46,956 nucleotides of DNA from Candidatus Hermodarchaeota archaeon (GTDB taxonomy: Archaea > Asgardarchaeota > Hermodarchaeia > Hermodarchaeales > Hermodarchaeaceae). Positions within the stretch are counted from its first letter, which is position 1, and every line of letters starts with the position of its first letter. The notes under the pieces were generated by a model. It was not told the DNA's origin and made no database searches. It saw only the letters and a program-made list of their open reading frames with translations. A program made the translations under genes and the position numbers. Positions 1 to 9,497 of the stretch are shown here, piece by piece. The stretch lies in assembly GCA_016839805.1 (NCBI GenBank), contig JAEOTO010000025.1, forward strand, positions 1 to 46,956, read 5' to 3'.

Positions 1-151
1 AGGACGGATTGTAGGTGCCTTTTTCAATGGCGATGATGGTTTGTCGGCTGACACCCACCATAGTGGCAACTCCTTCTTGGGTCCACTGTGTGGGGTCTGA
101 TGTGGTTTGTAGCTGTTGTTCGCGGAGCTCACGTAAGCGATTGGTGATCAC
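1..151 (-). CDS. XRE/Cro-family HTH transcriptional regulator (runs off the left edge of the window; not in ORF track)
   Basis: Hand translation from GTG at 151: MITNRLRELREQQLQTTSDPTQWTQEGVATMVGVSRQTIIAIEKGTYNPS, which carries the HTH_3 signature TQ..VA..VGVSRQTI.AIEKG.YNPS. Confidence 0.9.
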   Translation of the reverse strand, partial: MITNRLRELREQQLQTTSDPTQWTQEGVATMVGVSRQTIIAIEKGTYNPS

Positions 152-172
152 GAGGAACCTGCCCTGAATACG

Positions 173-208
173 ATGTAAAGTCTACTTGACGTTAAGTTTA
201 CTTTACAT
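173..208. promoter_or_regulatory. 36-bp imperfect palindrome, probable operator of the adjacent XRE gene
   Basis: ATGTAAAGTCTACTTGAC|GTTAAGTTTACTTTACAT; 15 of 18 positions complementary; 21 bp upstream of the XRE start codon. Confidence 0.7.
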
Positions 209-359
209 AAAAAAGTTGTGGTTTCAAACAAAATGTGGTGAAACGGAAAGAGGGGGTAATAGCCGATTCTGGTGCAACTCTGCAGTACGAGTGGAACAAG
301 ATTCAGTCCTGTCTTATGTAGTGTATAAACTAAGGCTATGGTGTTGAAGCCTGGATTGG

Positions 360-812
360 TTATTCTGACCTAATATGTGCAATTAGCGAAGGCATCATCC
401 GGAGACCCACAAGTACTCCCATGATGTAAAAGAATACGGCATACAGAATAGGGAAAATATCACGCATGATTCCCATGAACGAAAGCAGCAAACCGTAAAT
501 GTAGGGTGCTGACACCCCAATCACTACGGATGCTACTGCGTAGACATATCCTTTGTCAGGATCAAATCTTTTTGCTCGATGATAGAAGTACCAGGTAAGA
601 GGCAGGCCCAATGTTATGTAAAAGACTACTAGAATGATTGCAAGAATATTGTTCAGGGTATCTATAAAGATGAGAGTTAACTGCACTGCGCCTCCACGTT
701 GATACACTAAGAATATTGTCAGCAGGACATAGACTACGAACGAAAAGAACAAGATCCAGAACACAAGTACTCGAGCACGCAACCGGAATGATTCATCCGA
801 TACTTCTGACAT
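360..812 (-). CDS. hypothetical 4-TM membrane protein
   Basis: 150-aa ORF with four hydrophobic segments. Confidence 0.7.
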   Translation of the reverse strand: MSEVSDESFRLRARVLVFWILFFSFVVYVLLTIFLVYQRGGAVQLTLIFIDTLNNILAIILVVFYITLGLPLTWYFYHRAKRFDPDKGYVYAVASVVIGVSAPYIYGLLLSFMGIMRDIFPILYAVFFYIMGVLVGLRMMPSLIAHIRSE

Positions 813-1044
813 AAGCTAATCGTGGTAGGTAGTATCAGAAAAACATAACGCCATAGAAATATTAGTGCCACCATTTGAATAATGAAGGAGACGAGTCAGG
901 TGGTTCAGAATTCGAACGAGTAGCAGCATCTTTGACTAGTTCTCGTTGAGTTGAATTGCTAAAGCTTATTAGCCAAAATTACTAGCTCCTTCACAAGACC
1001 CTTACGGGTTGATAAAACGTTTGAATCAATTGAAGTGAAAGCAC

Positions 1045-1317
1045 ATGTCCAACGAAACTGCAGGAACTTTAGCATTAGTGGGTGGTATCCTCAACCTCAT
1101 CGGTGGTATACTTATTACAATCGCCTTACTCTTTACCATCATTTTAGCTCCCTTGGGAATATTTGCACTGCTTCTTGGAATCTTACCAATTATGTGGCGC
1201 GACGACCCTGGCTCCCACCGAGTTGGCTTAATCATCATCGGTGTATTAACTCTTTTTTCCATTGGTGGTATTCTGATTCTCGTTGCAGGAATCATCGCCG
1301 AAGAAGAAAAAGACTAA
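1045..1317 (+). CDS. small multi-TM membrane protein
   Basis: 90 aa, Gly/Ile/Leu-rich helices, acidic tail; T-tract follows at ~1362-1368. Confidence 0.75.
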   Translation: MSNETAGTLALVGGILNLIGGILITIALLFTIILAPLGIFALLLGILPIMWRDDPGSHRVGLIIIGVLTLFSIGGILILVAGIIAEEEKD

Positions 1318-1422
1318 CTCCCCCAATAATTGACACCAAACTCAATTGACCACCCTACTCCTTTTTTTCTATGTTATAGATTATGAATAGACAGGCTGAC
1401 TTTAGTAGAGCGGGATTTTCTC

Positions 1423-1458
1423 TGTTCAAATCTGTTTTCTCGCTGTTCAAAAATGTAG
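1423..1458 (+). promoter_or_regulatory. tandem TGTTCAAA repeat (21-bp period), candidate transcription-factor site
   Basis: TGTTCAAA at 1423 and 1444; same arrangement at 3604/3625. Confidence 0.55.
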
Positions 1459-1510
1459 GATAATATGTCCTTGAAACCTAATTTACTTCAAATCATTGTA
1501 GGTAATTCTG

Positions 1511-2185
1511 ATGAATCGAAAATGGTTAGGTTTGATAGTGATCCCGGTTGTACTTGGAGTGCTGCTTGCATCGCCCTTTTTGTTGAGCCTGTTTGCTCCT
1601 GCTCCTCCTGTGGATAATGGAAACATTGGAACATCACTTTCGAGCTTCATGGAAGAAAAATCCTCAGATATCTTAGCTGTTCAGATTTTAGGCAATTCCA
1701 CTGATATTGTATACCCGGAATTATTGGCGGCACTTTTTGTGCCAAATGTCACGGGTGCGTGGATCGTGTCAGCAACTTTTCTCAATGACACACCTGGACC
1801 CGGTAATCCTTCGCTATACCACGAAAATTTCCTGACGACATTAGCCGAAGTGGAAAACATCAACAATGCTCTTTATTCTGGACTCGATGCAACAAGTTCC
1901 TCTTCGGACTCCATCTCTGACATATTGTCCCCTATTGGCTTTGGCTTAGATATTCTCTACGAAGATGGAACGTGGGTTCAGGTTTTCTCTATTCAAAGTT
2001 CGACAGGACACATTATGTTCCTCAATGGCACATATACGGGCACTCCTGATACAGTCAATCCATTCGATCCGAATTTTATTCAACGTGACGAAAACTGGCA
2101 AAATGGCATCCTCTTAGAGCCGGGTACTGCACTTGATAATCTCGTTGTTGTAATGAACGAAGTCTTTGTTAACCATCTTGGTTAA
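1511..2185 (+). CDS. hypothetical N-terminally membrane-anchored extracellular protein
   Basis: Basic then hydrophobic N-terminus, Pro linker, acidic S/T/N-rich domain with several N-x-S/T sequons (NST, NVT, NDT, NGT). Confidence 0.75.
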   Translation: MNRKWLGLIVIPVVLGVLLASPFLLSLFAPAPPVDNGNIGTSLSSFMEEKSSDILAVQILGNSTDIVYPELLAALFVPNVTGAWIVSATFLNDTPGPGNPSLYHENFLTTLAEVENINNALYSGLDATSSSSDSISDILSPIGFGLDILYEDGTWVQVFSIQSSTGHIMFLNGTYTGTPDTVNPFDPNFIQRDENWQNGILLEPGTALDNLVVVMNEVFVNHLG

Positions 2186-2255
2186 CATCTCGAACGTTTA
2201 CATATTCAATGAGATTCTCGGTAGTTCAACCGTGATTACTAGCTGTGATGCGGTG

Positions 2256-2696
2256 TTACCAGACAAGGGTTTTGTCTTTATGCTGTTCAAAACAGTTGGA
2301 ACAGACACGCACATAGAGCTGGGTTTCAGGATTTTCCAGGGTATGCTCAATGATTTCATTATCTTCGATGGGTAACCCTTTTCCACAGAGATTACACCGG
2401 TAGGTGGCTTCAATTTGGAATTGGATTACACGAGATGGACAATTGTACACACGGACATTTCGATGAAGGCTTCCTAATTCTCGCATATCCCCCATTACCC
2501 GGAGGGAATGAAGAATTGGGTACATGCCGACAAAACTTTCTCCGCAAAGACCTTCCGGGGTATTCCACGTAAATTCAAAGGGTTCTCCTGTTTTGTGACC
2601 TGCTCGACAATTCCCATCCTTGATGACTGTCACTTTGAATTGTACCGGTTCGTTCCATAACTCTCCGATCTTTAACACATCTTCTTTCGTATTCAT
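2256..2696 (-). CDS. TIGR04076-like protein with C-terminal Zn-ribbon
   Basis: G.C..GHK.G..F...PEGLC...F..+YP...CP pattern, plus C-terminal CxxC...CxxC. Confidence 0.7.
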   Translation of the reverse strand: MNTKEDVLKIGELWNEPVQFKVTVIKDGNCRAGHKTGEPFEFTWNTPEGLCGESFVGMYPILHSLRVMGDMRELGSLHRNVRVYNCPSRVIQFQIEATYRCNLCGKGLPIEDNEIIEHTLENPETQLYVRVCSNCFEQHKDKTLVW

Positions 2697-2839
2697 ACTG
2701 TTTTCCTCTCACTACTACTATTTTCCCTCATGGATTTCTGCTTTACGTAACCTCTGTGCAAGTCTTCTTTTGAGTAGGTAAGGTAAACTCAAACCCCAAC
2801 TTCGGGTATTCGTAACCTTAGTTGGCAGGGTCCAATGCG

Positions 2840-3463
2840 TCATTGTTCTTGTTGTTTACGTTGTGTCCGTCGTTTGCGCTTGTAATTCTGATAGCGTTTG
2901 AGGAAGAAGGCGCCAATGGCGATAATGAAGAGCACATTCATGATGATTAGGATGCCAAGGTTCTGAAAATCGGTACCGATGAGATTACCGTGCACGATGA
3001 CAAAAACGAGGACAAGGTACATGAGTGCATGGAAGTAACGCCAGTATTTAGGAATAATCAATCGTAAAAGTGCAGCAACGGTAGCAATGTAGAGAATGTA
3101 GAGGGCAGGGCGCCCTGCGAGCTCCCAGAAGATTATCCAAGAATCAAATCGGGGAATAAACACCGCTAAATCCATTTGCAGAATGGCAAAGAAAACTGGA
3201 TGTAAAGTGGCAAAGATGAGGCCAAAGACTGCGAACAGATGATGGATTCGGATAAAAGGTCGACCAAAAGCTTGGGTGATCTCTTTGAGAAATGGTGTCA
3301 TCGCCGTAGCAATAGCTAGTGCGGTAAAGCCATACAAAGCACAGAGTCGAATAGCAAATCCTAGTGGGTCGAAATAAGATGTGAAGAGTGCTAGAATTGT
3401 AACGAGAACATAAAGCAATAGTACACCAAAAAGAAACAACCATCCGTTTCGTTTGATTGGCAT
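2840..3463 (-). CDS. ferric-reductase-like transmembrane (MsrQ-like) heme protein
   Basis: Six TM segments; paired His (RIHH...LH; WRYFH...VH) typical of bis-His heme b ligation. Confidence 0.75.
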   Translation of the reverse strand: MPIKRNGWLFLFGVLLLYVLVTILALFTSYFDPLGFAIRLCALYGFTALAIATAMTPFLKEITQAFGRPFIRIHHLFAVFGLIFATLHPVFFAILQMDLAVFIPRFDSWIIFWELAGRPALYILYIATVAALLRLIIPKYWRYFHALMYLVLVFVIVHGNLIGTDFQNLGILIIMNVLFIIAIGAFFLKRYQNYKRKRRTQRKQQEQ

Positions 3464-3603
3464 GATAATAACCTAGTTAGATACCTTAGGCTATGTTCTT
3501 CTTTAAAGTAATATAATTAAGTTTATTTTAGTGAAACCTACATCGGCTCAAGGACCGCTGTATAGGTTCGTCATCCTCCATCTATAGGGTACAACCAGTT
3601 GAG

Positions 3604-3650
3604 TGTTCAAAACTATTGTACGACTGTTCAAAAATTTAGATTATTGAACC
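3604..3650 (+). promoter_or_regulatory. tandem TGTTCAAA repeat (21-bp period) plus inverted TTGAAC half-site
   Basis: TGTTCAAA at 3604 and 3625; TTGAAC at ~3644. Confidence 0.55.
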
Positions 3651-3701
3651 TACTACACCACTCTTAGTAAAAGGAAAATTTCCCCTTCGGGGGGTTTTGT
3701 A

Positions 3702-4379
3702 ATGGGTTTCATTCAAAAAATCAAGAAGGTCTTATTAGAAATCAGCGGATACTTGATACTACTAATCCAACAAATTCCAGCATTGGGAGTCTATGTTGGT
3801 GTAATGACACTTCCCCTTTTCGTATTTCTTTTCCTTTTGTTTTCTCAACTTCCTCTTAATTTCATTACCGAAATAGCAGGCTTCTTCCTGGTAAGTTTCC
3901 TGTCTTTAGGTGGTATAATAGCGAATATCCTGGTCATAAGTGGACTGATTCTAGCCATCTATTCTATAGCCTATTTACATCGGCATAAAAATGAGGGATT
4001 GGTTACCACCGGACCGTACCGATATATCCGGCATCCTCAATACACAGGCTTCCTCCTCTTTACGCTTGGTTTGACAGGGCTTAGTTACTGGTTTCTCTCA
4101 ATCACCTTTGGTATGGGATGGTTGTCTCGCGAAGCCACCATTCTCCTCTGGTTTGGACAGCTCGCAGCATACATCATATTGGCTCTACTTGAGGATCATC
4201 ACCTAGCAAAAGAGTTCGGTGAGACGTTTACCACATACAAGAGTCAGGTCCCATCACTGATTCCCATTGGAAGAACTAGCCGTTTGGATATCCCCATCTC
4301 AATTGGAATATTCAGTTTGCTGGTAATAGGCGCCATCATGTTACAAATGATTGGAATCGGAGGCCCCACCTTCGGTTAA
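3702..4379 (+). CDS. isoprenylcysteine carboxyl methyltransferase / PEMT-family membrane methyltransferase
   Basis: LVTTGPYRYIRHPQYTG and ED..L...FG..F..Y...VP motifs. Confidence 0.85.
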   Translation: MGFIQKIKKVLLEISGYLILLIQQIPALGVYVGVMTLPLFVFLFLLFSQLPLNFITEIAGFFLVSFLSLGGIIANILVISGLILAIYSIAYLHRHKNEGLVTTGPYRYIRHPQYTGFLLFTLGLTGLSYWFLSITFGMGWLSREATILLWFGQLAAYIILALLEDHHLAKEFGETFTTYKSQVPSLIPIGRTSRLDIPISIGIFSLLVIGAIMLQMIGIGGPTFG

Positions 4380-4484
4380 TCACACAGGAGATAACCAATA
4401 AACACGATATTCTTGCTTGTCATAATATCGGATTCTAGAAAGTGTTAAGATACTGGTGGGTCTATGAGTATTGAGGGTTTCTAG

Positions 4485-5426
4485 GTGATTGTTGATGCAC
4501 ATTACCATTTGTATTGGGATGACTCAGATCCCATGGACTTTCTAATGGGCTGCGCACGGGTCGGCGCCCGGCGGTTCTCCAAAAACACGCCAGAGCCTAT
4601 GGATGCTGAACAACTGTTGCAAATGCAACTACCCATCCTGGCTGATGAATCAGGTGACAAACTAGTACAACTTATGGATGAATCCGGAATCGACAAGACG
4701 ATCCTCCTACCTCTAGACTACTGGTACTGGTTTGAGACCTCCAAGAATGCCCAACCCTATGATATTGTGAAAAAGAACGAAATCTATGCGAAAGCAACGA
4801 AAAACCATGAAGGGCGACTTTATACGCTGTTCGGGATCGATCCTCGTCGGAAAAAGAGTGTCTCAGCCTTCGAAAAAGCTGTAACGAAATGGGATATGAA
4901 GGGACTAAAACTTCATCCAACAACACGCTACTATCCCGATGACCCTGTGTGCTATCCTCTCTACGAGAAAGCTCTCGAGTTACAAGTGCCAATTGTGATT
5001 CATTCAGGGAATCAGCCAGCGCCGATGCCTGCTAAGTACTCAGAACCCAAATACATTGACACGGTTGCTGCAGATTTTCCTGAGTTGAAAATTGTGGTTG
5101 CGCATATCGGGCATGGCTGGTGGCGACAGACTTTGGATTTAGCATCCATGAAACCGAATATGTACGTGGACTTTTCTGGCTGGCAAGGCGTATACCAACA
5201 TGATCCCGCATATGTAGCTGGCGTAATACGTTCTGCCATCGACATGTTGGGGCCATGGCGGGTGCTCTTCGGCTCTGATGGTGCCCTACTCAATGTCATA
5301 ATGCCCCTTCCAGAATGGGTTGATACGATTAAGAACCTCAATTCTGTAGGGAATGCTAAATTCACAAATGAAGAATTCGAAATTATCTTAGGAAAAGCTG
5401 CAACCTATCTTTTTTCACTTCAGTAG
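4485..5426 (+). CDS. amidohydrolase family 2 protein
   Basis: IVDAHYH, GLKLHP, VIHSG, VAHIG and VLFGSD motifs. Confidence 0.9.
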   Translation: MIVDAHYHLYWDDSDPMDFLMGCARVGARRFSKNTPEPMDAEQLLQMQLPILADESGDKLVQLMDESGIDKTILLPLDYWYWFETSKNAQPYDIVKKNEIYAKATKNHEGRLYTLFGIDPRRKKSVSAFEKAVTKWDMKGLKLHPTTRYYPDDPVCYPLYEKALELQVPIVIHSGNQPAPMPAKYSEPKYIDTVAADFPELKIVVAHIGHGWWRQTLDLASMKPNMYVDFSGWQGVYQHDPAYVAGVIRSAIDMLGPWRVLFGSDGALLNVIMPLPEWVDTIKNLNSVGNAKFTNEEFEIILGKAATYLFSLQ

Positions 5427-5611
5427 ATTTACCCACAAAACCTTGGATTTACTTATAGGGGCTTTTCCTTCCTTAGATGACAAATGTCAGTTTCTGGTGA
5501 GGGCTAAGCGGTATTCCAAACAGAAGAGCTTTTATACCATAAACGTAGAATGCCTTCTCACATTGTGAGAAAATTAAGAACAAAATCAGGATAAATACTG
5601 AGGAGAAAGGC

Positions 5612-6904
5612 ATGTCAGGGTCAACAGGAAATGGGATTCGTGGATACTGGCATCGGATTCGCCTGTTCAGCCCAAACGCTCGAAAATACATGCTTGCGAA
5701 TACCATCTTAGGGTTTGCCTATGGGGTATCAAATACTATTTTCAACTTGTATCTGTTGGCTTTAGGTTATACCAATGCCTTCCTGGGTGGTATTCTTTCT
5801 ATCAGTTTCTTGGCCCTAGCCTTGAGTTCACTAGCTGTAGGTTCCATCTGTATGCGCATTGGAGCCAAACGCGCTACGATTCTCGGCGTATTTATCATGA
5901 CCTTTACTGCTCTCTGGCGAGTCTGGTTCCCCACGCCAGAAGTTCTCATACTTGGAGCAATAATTGAAGGGGTGGGCTATTCTCTGACCTGGGTTGCCTA
6001 CGGTCCCTTTTTGTCTGAACAAAGTGCCTCATATGAGCGAACGCACCTGTTTGGCACCACCCAAGCCTTGAACGTCATCAGTGGGTTTGTTGGTAATACG
6101 TTCGCGGGTATTATTCCCGTGTGGATTGCTATCACCTTTGCTCTGCCAATTGATAGTGCCATTGCTTTTCAGTTAGCGTTAATTTCTTGGATCATTCCAT
6201 TGGTCGTTACGCTTGTTCCATTACTCTTTATCCGGGATCACACTCAGGCAATCCAACTCAAGGAGGCTATGAAAATAGATAGAAACGTGGAGAATGAACA
6301 AAAATCCATCACAGAAAAACGAAGGAGTGTTCTGTGGATTATCGTTGCCTTTTCTGTGGTCTATGCGATTTTAGGAATTGGTGCTGGGTTCATTGTGCCA
6401 TTTCTGAATGTTTTCTTCTGGGATTTTTACAATTTACCGACTCCAATCGTCGGGTTAATCCAAGGCCTTGGCTCTGCTACAGTGGCACTGGGCGCCTTCT
6501 TAGCCCCGATGTTATCCACGCGAATAGGCAAGGCTCGTGCAATCATGGTCGTACAAACCCTTTCACTCCCCTTTCTTGTCGTCCTTGCTACTATCATTAA
6601 TCCCTTCATTGCTGGTATAGCCTACATCCTTCGCCAAGTCTTTATGACAGCTGCTATTCCCATTGATGGTGCCCTCCAAATGGAGCTGGTGCCAACTTCT
6701 TGGCGCACTCATCTTAGTGCAATGATTACTTTTTCTTTCAATTTAGCGCTAGCCTTTAGCGTTCAAATTACCGGACAGCTTTACGATTTGGGCCTTTACT
6801 TACTTCCCTTCTGGTTCACATTGATATGTTACAGTATAGGCACCGCCCTTTACGTCATCTTCTACAAACCAGAAAAACGCTTAACTACACAACCAGGGAA
6901 GTAG
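5612..6904 (+). CDS. MFS transporter
   Basis: About 12 TM segments in two halves, with motif-A-like RIGAK and RIGKAR loops. Confidence 0.9.
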   Translation: MSGSTGNGIRGYWHRIRLFSPNARKYMLANTILGFAYGVSNTIFNLYLLALGYTNAFLGGILSISFLALALSSLAVGSICMRIGAKRATILGVFIMTFTALWRVWFPTPEVLILGAIIEGVGYSLTWVAYGPFLSEQSASYERTHLFGTTQALNVISGFVGNTFAGIIPVWIAITFALPIDSAIAFQLALISWIIPLVVTLVPLLFIRDHTQAIQLKEAMKIDRNVENEQKSITEKRRSVLWIIVAFSVVYAILGIGAGFIVPFLNVFFWDFYNLPTPIVGLIQGLGSATVALGAFLAPMLSTRIGKARAIMVVQTLSLPFLVVLATIINPFIAGIAYILRQVFMTAAIPIDGALQMELVPTSWRTHLSAMITFSFNLALAFSVQITGQLYDLGLYLLPFWFTLICYSIGTALYVIFYKPEKRLTTQPGK

Positions 6905-6995
6905 CAAATTCACGATGAATCTCAGATTGAATTTTAACCTTTAACTCTCATTGATAGAGCAAGTTGCATTCCCCTTTCTCATTGAGGTTAAAAAG

Positions 6996-8126
6996 ATGAA
7001 ATTTGAGCGATTTGAGTTGGAGCGTATCCAATCTGAATGGGAGCATATTGTCAAATACAATCTAAGTGAAAGCGGAGTCGAAGCTCTTCGGGTTAGCGAT
7101 CTTATCAAGGATACTTCTCTTCAACACCAATTTCTAAATCAGAGTCTAGGGTATCCGCAAACGAATGGGACAATTCCTCTAAGAGAACTCATTAGTAGTC
7201 AATATCCCGATCTTTCCGCTGATCATGTGACGGTAACAAATGGTGGGGCGGAAGCGAATTTTATCTCTTTGCTTGGTTTGAGCCAACAACGCGATAACCG
7301 TAATGAAATGGTCATGTTGATGCCGAACTATATGCAGCTTTGGGGATTTGGAAAAGCCCTAGGCTACCGAATGAAGTCTTTCTATTTACAGGCATCATCC
7401 ACTGAATGGATTCCAGATATTGAAGGATTGAAACGGCAGCTCTCTAAGAAGACGCATCTAATCGCCATTTGCAATCCGAATAATCCCACAGGTGCTATAA
7501 TGGACGCCGATTCGCTAAAGGCTATTGCGGAGTTAGCACAGGATGCTAATGCTTGGGTGTTATCCGATGAAATCTATCGTGGCGCGGAACTCAATGGCTC
7601 AATCACACCATCCATGCTCGAATTTCATGACCAGACACTTGTGACCTGCGGATTATCGAAAGCCTATGGACTCCCAGGGTTACGGATTGGATGGGTGGCC
7701 AGCGCTAACGACGCATTCATCTATGATCTTTGGGCTATGACTGATTATACCAGTATTGCGCCCTCTTTACTCAGTGACGCCTTGGCAACCCTTGCCCTCC
7801 AGCCGCAGAACCGCAAAGAAATCCTCGCCCGTACTCGAACCATTCTTCGCACGAATTGGTCGATTGTTAATAACTGGCTCACGGAACATTCGCATCTTAT
7901 CGACTGTATTCCACCAAAGGCTTGCGCTGTCTGTTTACCCAAATACCATGCCGATATTGGATCAGTGGATTTGGCACACCGTCTTATCCAAGATAAAAGT
8001 GTCCTAGTTCCTCCTGGTGATTATTTTCAAATGCCCCGCCACTTACGTATTGGTTTTGGATATAATACAGACAAATTAACAATGGGTCTACATCTTATTA
8101 CTGAAACACTTCAATCCATTACGTGA
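6996..8126 (+). CDS. class I/II PLP-dependent aminotransferase
   Basis: NPNNPTG, DEIY, GLSKAYGLPGLRIGW; start moved to ATG 6996, which follows a GAGG RBS. Confidence 0.9.
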   Translation: MKFERFELERIQSEWEHIVKYNLSESGVEALRVSDLIKDTSLQHQFLNQSLGYPQTNGTIPLRELISSQYPDLSADHVTVTNGGAEANFISLLGLSQQRDNRNEMVMLMPNYMQLWGFGKALGYRMKSFYLQASSTEWIPDIEGLKRQLSKKTHLIAICNPNNPTGAIMDADSLKAIAELAQDANAWVLSDEIYRGAELNGSITPSMLEFHDQTLVTCGLSKAYGLPGLRIGWVASANDAFIYDLWAMTDYTSIAPSLLSDALATLALQPQNRKEILARTRTILRTNWSIVNNWLTEHSHLIDCIPPKACAVCLPKYHADIGSVDLAHRLIQDKSVLVPPGDYFQMPRHLRIGFGYNTDKLTMGLHLITETLQSIT

Positions 8127-8144
8127 TGGTATTTGACTACGTGT

Positions 8145-8780
8145 CTAGATGTGTTGCTTGGTGAAGACCTTTCGTAATCGTAGTTCGTCACGAATTGGAA
8201 TATTTGCAATACCAGGATGAAGATCTCCCAGTTTTTTCGCAATCACATCAGGTGCAACTTCATAGAGTTGGAAGCCGAGATGTTGGTAGAAGGCGAGTGC
8301 GGGAAGATTGTCATTGGAGGTAACAACTAAGAGCTGCTGTTTTCCTTGTTCCCTCGCATACTCTTCGATTTGCTTTACTAACATTTGTCCAATGCCACAA
8401 CCCTGATAGCCAGGGAGAATCCCCAGCGCAACAATCAAAACCGCGTTTTCGTTAAACTCTGAATAAGAAATGAAGCCGATGATTTTCTTATCACTTTCAA
8501 CGACTAGGGCAGGTTCTTGAGCAACAGTGAACTGTCTCTCGAACATAAGTTGGACTGGATCACCCCAAAAGAGTTGCACCATTTCCTCGATTGTCGTTAC
8601 ATCATCACAAGTAGCTTGATGAATGGAATACGTACAGGTCTGTGAGCGAAGACAATCAGTACATACTATTCTAATCCGTCCATCATTCCCACAGATGAAC
8701 TGGTTACAAACACTGCACTGAAATTCGCCATGCTTTGCGCATAAATGACATAGATTATATGAAGGAATCAATTCATTCAC
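8145..8780 (-). CDS. GNAT acetyltransferase with N-terminal Cys-rich zinc finger
   Basis: YQGCGIG (motif A), TSNDNLPALAFYQHLGF; N-terminal CxxC-x7-CxxC-x4-C...CxxC. Confidence 0.85.
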   Translation of the reverse strand: MNELIPSYNLCHLCAKHGEFQCSVCNQFICGNDGRIRIVCTDCLRSQTCTYSIHQATCDDVTTIEEMVQLFWGDPVQLMFERQFTVAQEPALVVESDKKIIGFISYSEFNENAVLIVALGILPGYQGCGIGQMLVKQIEEYAREQGKQQLLVVTSNDNLPALAFYQHLGFQLYEVAPDVIAKKLGDLHPGIANIPIRDELRLRKVFTKQHI

Positions 8781-9185
8781 ATCCAGTCAATCTTTTCTCA
8801 AGGCTATAACCACTTAAGCGTCTTAAGAGGTTCAATCCGGTTTCCAGTCTTTACTTTTTCGCAATAGAAAAACGACTGCTACTGCAATTACTATTGAGCA
8901 GCTCATGTCAATAAATACACAAAAAAGAGAATTCACGATCTCGTTTTGACTAAGAATCCGACGTGTGAAAATAATTGGTGGGTGCAGGTTAGAAGTATAA
9001 TGATGAGACTGGTTTTCAACATGAGGGTAAGTGGTTTGCCGTCCAATGTCTCCCCAGTATTAGGTTGGGCGATTGAATAATAAACGTTTTGAGAAAATGG
9101 TGAGAAAAAGGGAAGTGGGGACCCGTGCCCGTTCGCTCGAGCCCCAGCATTACTGGGCACGTTCAAGAGATCGTGAACAACTAAC

Positions 9186-9278
9186 TTAATGGCGACAGGC
9201 AAACAAGTATAGATACTTGACATCCCGTGCTGTTCGTTGTCCCTTGTTCGCGCCTTCCGGATAATTCATTTTTCGCAT
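9186..9278 (-). CDS. putative 30-aa peptide MRKMNYPEGANKGQRTARDVKYLYLFACRH
   Basis: GGTGA RBS at 9292-9288, TATA box TTATATAA at 9321-9314, structured 3' region and T-tract downstream. Confidence 0.45.
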   Translation of the reverse strand: MRKMNYPEGANKGQRTARDVKYLYLFACRH

Positions 9279-9497
9279 TTTGTGCGTCACCGAAGAAAGC
9301 ATTGGTCTCCGCGTTATATAAGGCGGACTCACTTTTTGGGCTCACATTGAGAGGTCACATAATGTATCTTTACTCACATACTGTTAAAATGACAACTTTG
9401 TAAAGGCAATATATGGCAACTATGCTATCTACCTAGGTCTTCACAAAAACTATTCTGGCAATAATACATTCTTGGTGAAGAGATTTAGGAAAAGTGG

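Noticed and set aside
220-345. Possible minus-strand sRNA between the XRE gene and the 360-812 gene
   Set aside because: Only short stems and a weak TATA-like element; not distinguishable from a 3' UTR or terminator region.
9110-9180. SECIS element
   Set aside because: No matching core geometry, and no upstream gene with a plausible in-frame UGA.
8933-9223. 96-aa ORF on the minus strand
   Set aside because: No RBS, and it reads through GC-rich hairpins and a T-tract; the 30-aa ORF in another frame has better signals.
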